DNA of 64,000 bases from Candidatus Latescibacterota bacterium (GCA_965116885.1 OZ220741.1:128001-192000); one strand, 5' to 3'. Numbered from the stretch's first letter, positions 9,448-19,451 are shown. The notes: a model not told the origin generated them from the letters alone. A program made the numbers and translations.

Positions 9448-9976
9448 TTCTATCTATTCCTTTAAAATCGAGATACAAACGACTGGGTTGAATACCCGTG
9501 TTATTTTGATACTTTCCACTTTTGTAGGTCTCGAAATCGCCATCCAGCGTATGGTAGTAAATTTGGCAGATTTCCACATTTGGATAGATCCGGATGGGCC
9601 GAATACAGAACATCTCCAAAGTCCAGTAGCCAGCAAAGCCCACATCGCCAAAACCTGCGGTTATGTGTACAAACAGCCCCAACCTGCCCACAGATGACCG
9701 CCCCTCGAGCATGGGGACATAATTATTCGTTTGGGTAAATTCTGCTGTCCTGCCGAGATAGAGCGTTTGGGGTTGCATCTCGTACCCATCATCCGGAATC
9801 TGAATAGATCGCGTGCGATTTTTCTTTTTCATATCGAGAACGCCATCCTCGTATATCATGAGTTCATTGGCGAGTGAAAGATTATAACTATTTGGATTGA
9901 GCCTGGCAGGGTCGAATGGCTCAATAATAATATCTTTTCCAATTCTTTCGTGAATCATTTTTCCCGATAAAATCAT
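9437..9976 (-). CDS. dcd: dCTP deaminase
   Basis: MILSG, LNPNSYNLSL, EGRSSVGRLGL, AGFGDVGFAGYWTLE, KYQNNTG. Confidence 0.92.
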   Translation of the reverse strand: MILSGKMIHERIGKDIIIEPFDPARLNPNSYNLSLANELMIYEDGVLDMKKKNRTRSIQIPDDGYEMQPQTLYLGRTAEFTQTNNYVPMLEGRSSVGRLGLFVHITAGFGDVGFAGYWTLEMFCIRPIRIYPNVEICQIYYHTLDGDFETYKSGKYQNNTGIQPSRLYLDFKGIDRIES

Positions 9977-9990
9977 TACGCCCTCCCTGG

Positions 9991-10467
9991 CTATTCTACT
10001 TCAGGCAAATCTCTATACATGATATACATATAATCTGCAAATCCATGCTTTCTCCAAAATGAATATCCAACGGTATTCATAGAAGCCACTCGAAGTTCAA
10101 CTCTGTCTATTCCCAGAGACCGAAACCAATCCAACATTTCATTTAACATCAACTCTCCTACTCCTTTTCTCCTGTGTTCAGAAGAAACAGCCAAATCTTG
10201 AATAGTGCCACAGGTTTGCTTGACGAATACGGGAGGATATTTGTCAATTCTCGCTATTCCGAAGCCCAATGGCTTTGTATTCTCCACCGCTATAATCACA
10301 AGGGCATCCTCAGCCTCGATCAGTCTTTCCAGATTCTTACCCATGCCTTCTTCTGCACCATCAGATAGAGTATATCTCGAATCAAACGGGACGTGAAAAT
10401 CCATGAGTTCTTTCCATATCTCGAGTATAGCAGGTATGTCGGATTTCAAAGCCTTAACAACTTCCAT
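9991..10467 (-). CDS. GNAT family N-acetyltransferase
   Basis: LAVSSEHRRKGVG, NTVGYSFWRKHGF. Confidence 0.9.
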   Translation of the reverse strand: MEVVKALKSDIPAILEIWKELMDFHVPFDSRYTLSDGAEEGMGKNLERLIEAEDALVIIAVENTKPLGFGIARIDKYPPVFVKQTCGTIQDLAVSSEHRRKGVGELMLNEMLDWFRSLGIDRVELRVASMNTVGYSFWRKHGFADYMYIMYRDLPEVE

Positions 10468-11332
10468 TTTCATCCTCTCCAATATACGATGCGTCATTGA
10501 CCACCTGCGTATATACTGCTGTTTTTGAAACCTCCGAAATTGCGAAATCGAGAAAATCTACAGCCTCCTGTCTCGCATCCAATTCAATACCGTATTGCCA
10601 TTCCAGAGCATTCCCCACCAAATCACCCCACCTATCTCCATAGTACTCCCGCACCCATGACACAGCCATCTTTTTTGAGCCAACAACGGAACAAATCACA
10701 GTATGCAGTATTCGACACAGATTCAGAATGAAATACGCTTCATGGTGGCTATCCCTAAAATACTCCGAATTGGATTTTTTCGGCGCCCATTCCTGAAACA
10801 AATCGCGCACGCATGCTTTCCGCACATCCTCAATATCAATCGGAGACAACAGCTTCTTAAAACTCGGACCAAATAAAGCAATGGAATGACCATAAAGAAA
10901 ATATTTGTTGATTATCCATTCATTCCCATAAGGTGCCTCCTCATAAAGAGTACAATCACCACCCCAATACCACGGTCGCGGCTCCGTTGGAGGCATAACA
11001 CATGGGAGCATATCGACAGGCGTATAAGAACACTCTAACCGCCGCGCCCATTTCTCGAATTTCTCTTCCATCTCTTTGTGTAAACGCCCAATGGAATCGA
11101 GTTCACATCGAGAAACAGGTCGATGCACAATCACCGTAATATCAATATCACTGCTATGGTAGTTAAACGCCCCATGGGACAACGAGCCAGTCAGATATAT
11201 CCCGAGTACATTTTCTTCGAGAACGGGAATAACGCCTCGAACGAAAAAAGCTATAATCTCGTTCACATCGAGATATTTCGTAAGATTGCTTGCAGTCATC
11301 GTCCTATTGTACGGAGAAATTACTTGAATCAT
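10454..11332 (-). CDS. Aminoglycoside adenylyltransferase-like nucleotidyltransferase (NTase plus DUF4111-like C-terminus)
   Basis: GIYLTGSLSHG..SSDIDITV pol-beta motif; YFILNLCRILHT..GSKKMAVSW. Confidence 0.75.
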   Translation of the reverse strand: MIQVISPYNRTMTASNLTKYLDVNEIIAFFVRGVIPVLEENVLGIYLTGSLSHGAFNYHSSDIDITVIVHRPVSRCELDSIGRLHKEMEEKFEKWARRLECSYTPVDMLPCVMPPTEPRPWYWGGDCTLYEEAPYGNEWIINKYFLYGHSIALFGPSFKKLLSPIDIEDVRKACVRDLFQEWAPKKSNSEYFRDSHHEAYFILNLCRILHTVICSVVGSKKMAVSWVREYYGDRWGDLVGNALEWQYGIELDARQEAVDFLDFAISEVSKTAVYTQVVNDASYIGEDENGSC

Positions 11333-11363
11333 TCGGATCAGTTAATTGTTTCCATCTATACTA

Positions 11364-11912
11364 TCACGTCAACTTGCGTTTCATGAACACTGCAACTTCA
11401 CCCTCGACATCACGATTGGTATAATAGGACAGATCGACACCATCGACTTCAAAACCGACGCTGCGATAGAAATCAATGGCTGGCACATTGGTATTTTGAG
11501 TCTCACAAACCAAAATCCTCAGCCCTTCAGCTTTGGCGACCTCCACTACCTGATCCATCAATTGCCCGCCAACACCCTTTCTCCTGTATGACTCGGCAAT
11601 CCCAAATTCCCTGATCCATAGACTCCTATTCCACTCTATCTCTTCCGAAATTGCGATACCCACAAGCTGACCAGCGTCATAGGCTCCCAGCGACAGACTT
11701 TGATTAACAAGTTCGCTGTAGTTCTTGAAATCCTCTTTTGAGAACGACCAGCGTTTCACGTAAGGCTCATCCAATTTTTGACGCTTCAGGATAAAGCAAA
11801 ACTCATCAGCGGTCTCAGTCTTAGACACCTGGTACCTATCATTTGAAACATACCCATCCACGATATGCAAATCCCCGCGCCGTAGCTGCTCTAATTTTCT
11901 GATTTCGATCAT
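11364..11912 (-). CDS. GNAT acetyltransferase, streptothricin acetyltransferase-like
   Basis: YRRKGVG, ETQNTNVPAIDFYRSVGFEVDGVDLSYY. Confidence 0.8.
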   Translation of the reverse strand: MIEIRKLEQLRRGDLHIVDGYVSNDRYQVSKTETADEFCFILKRQKLDEPYVKRWSFSKEDFKNYSELVNQSLSLGAYDAGQLVGIAISEEIEWNRSLWIREFGIAESYRRKGVGGQLMDQVVEVAKAEGLRILVCETQNTNVPAIDFYRSVGFEVDGVDLSYYTNRDVEGEVAVFMKRKLT

Positions 11913-11969
11913 GTATTTCTTTTGCCTAAAATTCGACGATATACGGATAGAACCGCATCATCGTTTGAT

Positions 11970-13619
11970 TTACACATGTCCTGCCAGCCAGTTCTCGCTG
12001 AGCCAATCCTCCCATCGACGTGCCAGATCCACTCGAACAACCCGAAGCGAGTCCTCCTGAGAGGGTTGTCCAGGTACATAAGGAGGTTTCAGCGGCAATT
12101 GCTGTCCTGTTATAGCTTCCAGTGCATCTCGTCGAGCCGCGAAATTCGCTACCCGTCTCATCCGGGCGTCTTCTTCAAGACCAGCAACGATTCTCTCGGC
12201 GAAATCTGGATAAGCCATTCTTCTCGCAAGGTGCAAGGATTCAATACGGACATCTAAGCTCGTATCATTGAAGAGACCACTGAGAGACGCTTTACATCCA
12301 GGCCACAAATCTGAACGATCTCGTAGTAAGTACACACCCGCCATCCGGACAATTGACGAAGAATCTTGAAACGCTCTCAGTATATAGCCTGAATCTACCT
12401 GGAACGGCGGCCCGCCAGCAAGAGCGCATAAAGCCGCCGCACGAATATCTGCTATGGGATGCTTTGTTTGCTTGCATATTAGACTTACAGCTCGATGCGG
12501 AAGATCATCACCAACAAAAGAGAGGATTATATCTCTGACTTCATTGGGATTGTTGCTCTTAAGTCCATCCAACCTGTGATCCAGAGAGCTTTTTCGCCAC
12601 AATGACCAGTTTTGGTAGGGATTCGCCACATCACGAGCGGCATCAGGTACGCCATTAGCCATAGCACCGCTGACTGACACCAGGCCAGCGCGTAGATCCG
12701 ACCATCCGGGCCTATTCATCGATGACGATATAAGAGCGGATTTCATTTCACGGGCTGTCCAACCCGGATGCGCTTGCCACAGACAGGCTGCTGCTCCAAG
12801 AAGAGCCGGCCCCGAGAAAGATGTACCACAGGTGCGGGCGTAACGAAATGGAATGTCATCTATCTTTGCATAAAAATTGTTTTCTATCTCTTCGTCGTTT
12901 CTATGAGGAAGGACAATATTCTCCGCAGGTGCCAGAATATCCGGAATCCATTTTCCCTCAAACGTAGTCCCCCGGCATCCTTGAAACATCCTGGCCCGAT
13001 ATGGATCTCCATCCTGAGGAATCGCTACCCCTCCAACGGAAAGCACAGACGGGGCTGCAGCTTCAGCTATGCCAGTAGTCTCGTCTGGTCGATTCCCCGA
13101 CCCGGAAACCACAAGCACGCCCTCAGAAGCTAACTCTTCACACAGAATGCGACGCGGGTCCGTCTGCCACGGGAAAAGACCTGAACCTATCCGACTTTTG
13201 CGTGCTGATAATACCCCTCGTATCTCGTACTTCCGCCAATTATGCAAAACCCATTCCAGCGCCTTAATATGTGCCTTCTCATTCTCAAACCCCGGATCGC
13301 GTGAGTACTTAGCAACAAGAAACAGATCTGCTTCGGGTGCTACACCCTTGTATATCCCCTGCGATTCGGCACCTGATCCCCCGGCAGCAGCCGCGGCACA
13401 CAGCGCATGCCAGCCGCCTGACCACGGCCCAGGCTCCGACTGAAATATCTCGGGAGACGTTTCAGGCTCTGACATTCCCCGTACCAAGTAGGATGTACGC
13501 CGCTCATTTGTACTAATATCGGGGTGGTTTGGAAATTCTCCATCCATGACGGCAATGCGGACATTTTTGCCTGTAAGTTCACCGGGAACCCGAAGAAAGT
13601 CCCTCAATGACGGCCACAT
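11970..13619 (-). CDS. S8 (subtilisin-like) serine peptidase with C-terminal HEAT-like repeats
   Basis: IAVMDG (Asp), GWHALCAA (His), SGSGN oxyanion Asn, GTSFSGP (Ser); repeats DIRAAALCAL, IVRMAGVYLL, DVRIESLHLA. Confidence 0.8.
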   Translation of the reverse strand: MWPSLRDFLRVPGELTGKNVRIAVMDGEFPNHPDISTNERRTSYLVRGMSEPETSPEIFQSEPGPWSGGWHALCAAAAAGGSGAESQGIYKGVAPEADLFLVAKYSRDPGFENEKAHIKALEWVLHNWRKYEIRGVLSARKSRIGSGLFPWQTDPRRILCEELASEGVLVVSGSGNRPDETTGIAEAAAPSVLSVGGVAIPQDGDPYRARMFQGCRGTTFEGKWIPDILAPAENIVLPHRNDEEIENNFYAKIDDIPFRYARTCGTSFSGPALLGAAACLWQAHPGWTAREMKSALISSSMNRPGWSDLRAGLVSVSGAMANGVPDAARDVANPYQNWSLWRKSSLDHRLDGLKSNNPNEVRDIILSFVGDDLPHRAVSLICKQTKHPIADIRAAALCALAGGPPFQVDSGYILRAFQDSSSIVRMAGVYLLRDRSDLWPGCKASLSGLFNDTSLDVRIESLHLARRMAYPDFAERIVAGLEEDARMRRVANFAARRDALEAITGQQLPLKPPYVPGQPSQEDSLRVVRVDLARRWEDWLSENWLAGHV

Positions 13620-13692
13620 ATATCCTCCTGTAGGTTATTTTTATCTATTCTCTTCCTACCAATCGACCGATTTTTTATTTTATATGCGTCAC

Positions 13693-14037
13693 CTATTTCG
13701 CGGCAATCGCGACCATCTCTACAAGCGTATCTCCCTCCAGCTTGACCTCCACACAGGCGCGCTGGGGCCAATTGTCTGAACCGATCCAGGCGTCCCAAAC
13801 CGCATTGAGGACGGGTTTCTTTGACATATCTGTGATATAAATCGTGACGGAAAGAAGACAAGACTTATCAGTTCCAGCCTCGGCGAGATTTGCGTCTAAC
13901 TGTTCGAGCGCCTGTTGAGTCTGGCCCTTGAGGTCTGCGGATACATCCGGTGCAGTGACAACTGTATAGACAATGCCATTGTGTTCAACGGACTTGCTGC
14001 GACCAAATGCCTTTCCCGGATAGCGGTTGATGGCCAT
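13693..14037 (-). CDS. RidA/YoaB family protein
   Basis: QTQQALEQLDANLAEAG, NAVWDAW, PQRACVE, LVEM. Confidence 0.92.
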   Translation of the reverse strand: MAINRYPGKAFGRSKSVEHNGIVYTVVTAPDVSADLKGQTQQALEQLDANLAEAGTDKSCLLSVTIYITDMSKKPVLNAVWDAWIGSDNWPQRACVEVKLEGDTLVEMVAIAAK

Positions 14038-14050
14038 AAATGCTCCAATG

Positions 14051-14116
14051 GATAGCGGTTTTACAACATAAATTTTACTGATCTTGTGACAATTCTATCA
14101 ACAAGATGGTTTCTGT
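14051..14116 (-). repeat. Dispersed ~65 bp promoter-like module, copy 2
   Basis: Homologous to 5743-5806; contains TTGATA-18-TAAAAT on the minus strand upstream of the RidA gene. Confidence 0.8.
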
Positions 14117-14289
14117 GATGCACAAGATACGTTCTTTTGGGGAGGTTGACGCGATTGGAATAAGAGCCTGCGGATTGCCGAACTTGATCAAAGGATGAGA
14201 GAAAGGTTGGGTGGGTTGAGTAAGGAAAGGATTGGGAATGGGTGTATTACATCTCCTTCTGGTATGTAAGACCAGCCTCTTTCTCGTTT

Positions 14290-15030
14290 TTATTTTCGGC
14301 AAATGACAAAGTGTTCCATCCAGAAATGCCAGATATAATCTACGGATCGAAAGCCCGCCTCTTTTAGCCATTCAACCTGAAAAGAAAAACGAGATATCCG
14401 ATCCCTCTCAGGACTGTCTTCATCTACTTGCTCAATAATCTCACGCACCCGATTCGCCTCTTCAATATCAATCCCAGCTTCTTCGAATCTCTCCTCTCGG
14501 CGAAAATTGAGCCGCCTTCGCCCCAACTTATAAACCTCGTCGTCAAAGCGCGTGGACATGGCATCGATCAAAAAGAACCAGCCGCCTGTCTCAAGCACAT
14601 CGTAAATCTGCCTGAATATGCGGGCCTTATTCTCATCGGTAAGATGATGGACAGTCGAAAACGATGCGACAAACTGAAAAGAGCCCAAACCTTCTGGCAG
14701 CCCCTCATTGAGGTCTCTCTGAAGAAACTCTACACGATCTGAATGCGTGCTCATTTTCTGAGCCGCAAATCTCATCATCTCATCCGAAAAATCGATAGCC
14801 ACACAAGTTGCTTTTGGATATTTCATCAGCACACAATTGAGAAATATACCCGTTCCACATCCCAAATCGAGCATCCGAAATTCCGTCTGGTCATCAAACG
14901 GAATAAAATCCATAGCCAGACTGTGATAAAAATCAAACATCTCAATCCGAACTGGTTGCAAGCGATCATACGCCTCAGCACGGGTTGAGAACTGAACACT
15001 TTGAGATTTCTGATTCTTTTGATTATTCAT
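14290..15030 (-). CDS. Class I SAM-dependent methyltransferase
   Basis: MLDLGCGTG, IDFSDEM, STVHHL; ATG overlaps the upstream stop. Confidence 0.9.
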   Translation of the reverse strand: MNNQKNQKSQSVQFSTRAEAYDRLQPVRIEMFDFYHSLAMDFIPFDDQTEFRMLDLGCGTGIFLNCVLMKYPKATCVAIDFSDEMMRFAAQKMSTHSDRVEFLQRDLNEGLPEGLGSFQFVASFSTVHHLTDENKARIFRQIYDVLETGGWFFLIDAMSTRFDDEVYKLGRRRLNFRREERFEEAGIDIEEANRVREIIEQVDEDSPERDRISRFSFQVEWLKEAGFRSVDYIWHFWMEHFVICRK

Positions 15031-16337
15031 TTTCGGCCTTTGTGACAATCTCGATTGATAACATCAAGAACTGCCTTCACCTCACACCACGGAACCTCAT
15101 GGGGCAACCTATCCGACAGAGCGGCTCTGGCCGCACAAACGCCAGCAGCCTGTCCCATAGCCACGGCATTACCAGTCACTCGATAGCTCGAATGCGCTAT
15201 AAAATCACCACTGATACAACGCCCCGCCATCAGCAAGCCATCGACATCCCGCGCAATCAGCGCCCTGAGCGGAATATCATAAGGCTGTGACCGGTGCGGC
15301 TTGGCCTCCACGATCTTCGTTTTTTTCGGATCAGTCGAATGCACATCAATCCCCATCGTAACCCGACAAACGGCATCCTCGAACCGCGCACCCCGCAGAA
15401 GATCCTCTCCCGTCACCTCATATCGCCCGTGAATCCGCCGTCCCTCCCGAACACCAATCTGCGCGCCCGTTGCCACCACGCGCATATCCGACCACACACC
15501 GCCGTGCGCCCGCAAAGCAGCCACCTGCGTATGAATCTCCCGACGCGCGCGAATCATCGCCTCTGTAATCGCATTGGCATCGTCGCATTGCACGCCGTAC
15601 TGGTGATTCGCCATAAGCGCGAACAGATTATCCCTGATCCGAAATAGTGTCGGATGACCATACGAAGGCGAAACACCGATCTCTTCCATCAGCGCGCTCA
15701 GCCTCTGCTTCGGCTCTGCCATAGAGCCGCCCACATAGGGTTCGATCTGATCGAAATGCAACCCCGTAATCAACGCCATCAGGCTCATCGGCTGAACATC
15801 TCCCGTCTCCGGATGACCAACATCAAACCCACACCCACAAAGCGCCCCCAGATCACCGTCACCAGTCGCATCGATAAAAACCTTCGCATGCCACGCCTCT
15901 CGCCCGCTTTTGGACTCCGTAATCACGACCGAAAGCCTGTTCTCGCTATCCCGCGCTGCCCCAACCACGCGCGTCAACAGCCGAATCTCGACACCCGCCT
16001 CGACACACATCTCGTCGAGAAGCAACTTCATCTCTTCGACATCATACGCGTAATTCTTTCCTTCAGGAGCGCGAAGCCTGCGCGCATCCCGTGCATCGAG
16101 CCGAGATGTAATCTCCGCCATAATCCCGGGCTTGTTCGCCGAATCGATAATCCAACTCAACGCACCCGTCGTCCACACGCCCCCCAGGCAGCCGTGCAAC
16201 TCGATCAACCGCGTCCTGGCACCCTGCCGAGCACACGCAATCGCAGCGGTAATACCAGCCGGACCCCCACCACAAACGACCACATCCACATCTTCCACAA
16301 TCGGGATATTTCTTTTTTCTTCTCTATGAGTCAACAC
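15027..16337 (-). CDS. FAD-dependent oxidoreductase
   Basis: VVVCGGGPAG, FIDATGDGD, GVREGRRIHG, YDIPLRAL, AGRCIS. Confidence 0.9.
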   Translation of the reverse strand: MLTHREEKRNIPIVEDVDVVVCGGGPAGITAAIACARQGARTRLIELHGCLGGVWTTGALSWIIDSANKPGIMAEITSRLDARDARRLRAPEGKNYAYDVEEMKLLLDEMCVEAGVEIRLLTRVVGAARDSENRLSVVITESKSGREAWHAKVFIDATGDGDLGALCGCGFDVGHPETGDVQPMSLMALITGLHFDQIEPYVGGSMAEPKQRLSALMEEIGVSPSYGHPTLFRIRDNLFALMANHQYGVQCDDANAITEAMIRARREIHTQVAALRAHGGVWSDMRVVATGAQIGVREGRRIHGRYEVTGEDLLRGARFEDAVCRVTMGIDVHSTDPKKTKIVEAKPHRSQPYDIPLRALIARDVDGLLMAGRCISGDFIAHSSYRVTGNAVAMGQAAGVCAARAALSDRLPHEVPWCEVKAVLDVINRDCHKGRK

Positions 16338-16350
16338 AGCAGCCTCCTAT

Positions 16351-18273
16351 TCAACAACAATACCTCTCCAACCACGACAACATCCTATCGAGATATTCCA
16401 CATGCAGTGCCGGGTGTCCGCTCCTCCTGAACCCGTGAGACGACTTCGGAAAGCGCACGAACTCCACCGTCTTGCCCTGTCGCTTCAGCGCGACAAAAAA
16501 CTGCTCGGCCTGCTCGATTGGACAGCGGTAATCCTCCTCCCCGTGCATCAGCAACACCGGCGTCTGAACTTCAGATGCGTACGTCAACGGCGACCGCTCT
16601 ACAAGAGCCTCCACATTCTCCAGAACCGAGCCCCGCCACTGATTCTCCCCAAATGACACCCCGATATCCGACGTACCGTACATACTGTGCAAATTGATAC
16701 ACGGAGCACCGACCACTGCAGCCTTGAACCGATGGTCGTGACCGACGATCCAGCTACTCATAAAACCGCCATAACTATAGCCGTGAACCCCCAAGCGATC
16801 CGCATCCACATAGGACCGCTCGCACAGCAGATCAACCCCTGCCATCAAATCCAGAAAATCTTCCCCACCCCAATCCCCCAGCACCATCTTCAGAAAATCG
16901 GGTCCATAAGATGACGACCCCCTCGGATTCACAGCCAGCACAATATAGCCCGCACCCGCCAGAACCTGATGCGTGACATCGTACGAATCCGAGAACCGAC
17001 CATTTGGTCCCCCGTGAATATCCAGCACCAGCGGATACGACCTCGCCTCGTCGAAACCCTGGGGAAACAACACCCGCGCCTGAATCGTCTCTCCACCCCT
17101 TTCGAACACCAACTTCTCCACGCGCGCACCGGGGTGCGCCTTCAAAAACCCGGCATTCACAGCCGTCACCGCGCGTTGACGCTTCTCTCCCACATCCATC
17201 ACCACCACATCGCCCGGACAGACAGGCGAAGACATCACCATCGCGACACGCGCACCCATGCGGTCAACCGACAAACCCGTACAAACCTGACCACCCCCAC
17301 CCAGGACTTCAATCTCCAGGGAAGGATCATCGGGATTCACCCGACACAAAAACGACTCACCCGCCCTATCACCAATGAACAATATCCCATCCCTCGGCGT
17401 CCAGCACCGCGGCGTAAGAGGTTGCACAACCGTATAAATATCACCCGCCAAACACACCGGTGCTTCGTCTTCCCCCAGCACAAACAGCCACGACTGCCTT
17501 GAATCCCACACATCCCCATCGTGCGCTCCCGCAACCACCAACCGCTCTCCATCCGGCGACCACGCCACAGACTCCGCGCGGCTCAACCCCTGCGACCAGC
17601 ACCGCGACCTCCCACTCGCCTTGTCCATCACATGGACCTCTGAACCCCGCATAAAATCGCGCCCCTTGACGCAATCCGTCACAAATGCAATCCGGCTCCC
17701 ATCGGGAGACCACGCCGGTGCCCCGTGGTCGCCTTCCCCATCCGTAATCTGCTCAGCCTCGCCCGTTACAGCATCCACCAGAAACAACTGCGAAAATGCA
17801 TCGCCCCGCCAGCCACCCTCGTCATCGCGATACCGCACGCGACGGGCAACCTGCGTCCTCGGCATCTTCTCCTCGCCATCTTCCACGCGATCTGGATCCA
17901 CGCGCGACACAACGACAAACGCCGAACCATCGGGCGACCACGCCATATCCTTCGCGCCATCGGGAAGCGCCGTCACCTGCCTCGCATCCCCACCATTGAC
18001 CGGCATCACCCAAACCTGCTTTTTATCGTCCTCTCCCGAACGCAAAAAAGCCAGACTCTTCCCATCAGCCGAGAGCCTGGGTGCCGTATCTCCGATCGCC
18101 ATATCCACAGCATCCCCATCCGCAAGCGACTGCACCACAATCCGCGACTCCCGCTTCATCGTCTCCTTGTTGATCTCCTGCCGAACAAAAACCACAGCCG
18201 ACCCATCCCCCGCGATCTCAACTGCCGATACCTCAATCAAATTGTATATATGCTCGGGTTTAATTGGCGACAT
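16351..18273 (-). CDS. S9 family peptidase (acylaminoacyl/dipeptidyl peptidase)
   Basis: WSPDG propeller repeats, IHGGP, GYSYGG nucleophile, HGEEDYRCP, SSH. Confidence 0.93.
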   Translation of the reverse strand: MSPIKPEHIYNLIEVSAVEIAGDGSAVVFVRQEINKETMKRESRIVVQSLADGDAVDMAIGDTAPRLSADGKSLAFLRSGEDDKKQVWVMPVNGGDARQVTALPDGAKDMAWSPDGSAFVVVSRVDPDRVEDGEEKMPRTQVARRVRYRDDEGGWRGDAFSQLFLVDAVTGEAEQITDGEGDHGAPAWSPDGSRIAFVTDCVKGRDFMRGSEVHVMDKASGRSRCWSQGLSRAESVAWSPDGERLVVAGAHDGDVWDSRQSWLFVLGEDEAPVCLAGDIYTVVQPLTPRCWTPRDGILFIGDRAGESFLCRVNPDDPSLEIEVLGGGGQVCTGLSVDRMGARVAMVMSSPVCPGDVVVMDVGEKRQRAVTAVNAGFLKAHPGARVEKLVFERGGETIQARVLFPQGFDEARSYPLVLDIHGGPNGRFSDSYDVTHQVLAGAGYIVLAVNPRGSSSYGPDFLKMVLGDWGGEDFLDLMAGVDLLCERSYVDADRLGVHGYSYGGFMSSWIVGHDHRFKAAVVGAPCINLHSMYGTSDIGVSFGENQWRGSVLENVEALVERSPLTYASEVQTPVLLMHGEEDYRCPIEQAEQFFVALKRQGKTVEFVRFPKSSHGFRRSGHPALHVEYLDRMLSWLERYCC

Positions 18274-18275
18274 AT

Positions 18276-19421
18276 CTATCTCCCACGCGACGTATAAACG
18301 CGACCGCCCTTGACAACCGCAACCGGCACCAGATTCTGCCGACCCGTCCGAACTTCTCCGCGCGAATCCTCAAGACGAAACGCCCCTTCTCGAAACTCAA
18401 ACACCACAGCATCCCCAAACGCCCCTTTCGCCAGCGTCCCCACCTCACCTTTCATCCCGATAACCTCAGCAGGCACAGACGTCACGCGCGAGATCGCCTC
18501 ATCTACCGACAGACCCAGGTGCAAAAACTTTGTCACCACAGACGCGAGATCGTAAACAGGACCATTTACATTGTAAATATGCAGATCTGAAGAAATCGTA
18601 GTCGGCAGAACATCCTGCGACATCGCCGCCTCGACAATCCCCCACGAAAAAGACCCCGCCCCGTGTCCCACATCAAACACAACGCCTCGCTCAATCGCAT
18701 CCAGAACCGAATCGCGGATGCGACCTTCACCATTGAGAATCCCACACGGAAAGTCGTGAAAACAATGAGTCAAAATATCTCCGCCCTTCATCACATCTAA
18801 AATATCGTCAATCGAATCGCACCACGCATCCTGCGGATGCACCATAATCGGCAATCCAGCCGCGTCTGCCGCCTCTCTCGCTCTGTGCAAAGGCAACATC
18901 CCGGATCGCTCGCTGACAATACTATTCCGCGTCAATCGAACCTTCACCCCGAGAACAATATCGCGGTGCTGTTCAATCATGCGGCAAGCCTTATCCACAT
19001 CCGCATATTCGGGAATCTCGAACTCGCCGATCTCGGCAGTCAGCATACCCTGAGACGAGATATTCATCTGTGCCAAAATCCGCGTCTCGCTCACATCGAT
19101 CACGTACTTCCGGAACCCCGGAAAAATATCTGCACCCGCAGATCCCGCATCGACCACAGTCGTCGCCCCTCGCGCAAGACATGTAGGGTCGGGTTCAATG
19201 CCGAAATGGCTGACACCGGCAAACACATGGACGTGAATATCGATCAGCCCCGGCGTCACCACACAACCCGCAGCATCAATCACCTCGCGGGCATCGCCTG
19301 CATCCAGGTCTTCCCCAACAGCGGCAACCATGCCCCCCACAAACGCCACATCCCGCACGCCACTGAGGTCTTCTGCCGGATCGACCAGCATCCCGCCCTT
19401 GATGAGCAAATCGTACTTCAT
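18276..19421 (-). CDS. Amidohydrolase/deacetylase metallohydrolase (dihydroorotase-like)
   Basis: PGLIDIHVH, TTVVDAGSAG, GDILTHCFH, FDVGHGAGSF, ISSDLH. Confidence 0.88.
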   Translation of the reverse strand: MKYDLLIKGGMLVDPAEDLSGVRDVAFVGGMVAAVGEDLDAGDAREVIDAAGCVVTPGLIDIHVHVFAGVSHFGIEPDPTCLARGATTVVDAGSAGADIFPGFRKYVIDVSETRILAQMNISSQGMLTAEIGEFEIPEYADVDKACRMIEQHRDIVLGVKVRLTRNSIVSERSGMLPLHRAREAADAAGLPIMVHPQDAWCDSIDDILDVMKGGDILTHCFHDFPCGILNGEGRIRDSVLDAIERGVVFDVGHGAGSFSWGIVEAAMSQDVLPTTISSDLHIYNVNGPVYDLASVVTKFLHLGLSVDEAISRVTSVPAEVIGMKGEVGTLAKGAFGDAVVFEFREGAFRLEDSRGEVRTGRQNLVPVAVVKGGRVYTSRGR

Positions 19422-19451
19422 CGCAAACTCCCCTCTTGTAAACTCCTTCAC

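Noticed and set aside
14195..14245. G-quadruplex-like purine-rich tract (GGGTGGG...GGGAATGGG)
   Set aside because: The middle loop is about 18 nt and there is no supporting context; likely decayed sequence
1677..15030. Bona fide integron
   Set aside because: No tyrosine recombinase, and no full-length attC with L/R boxes found at gene junctions by eye
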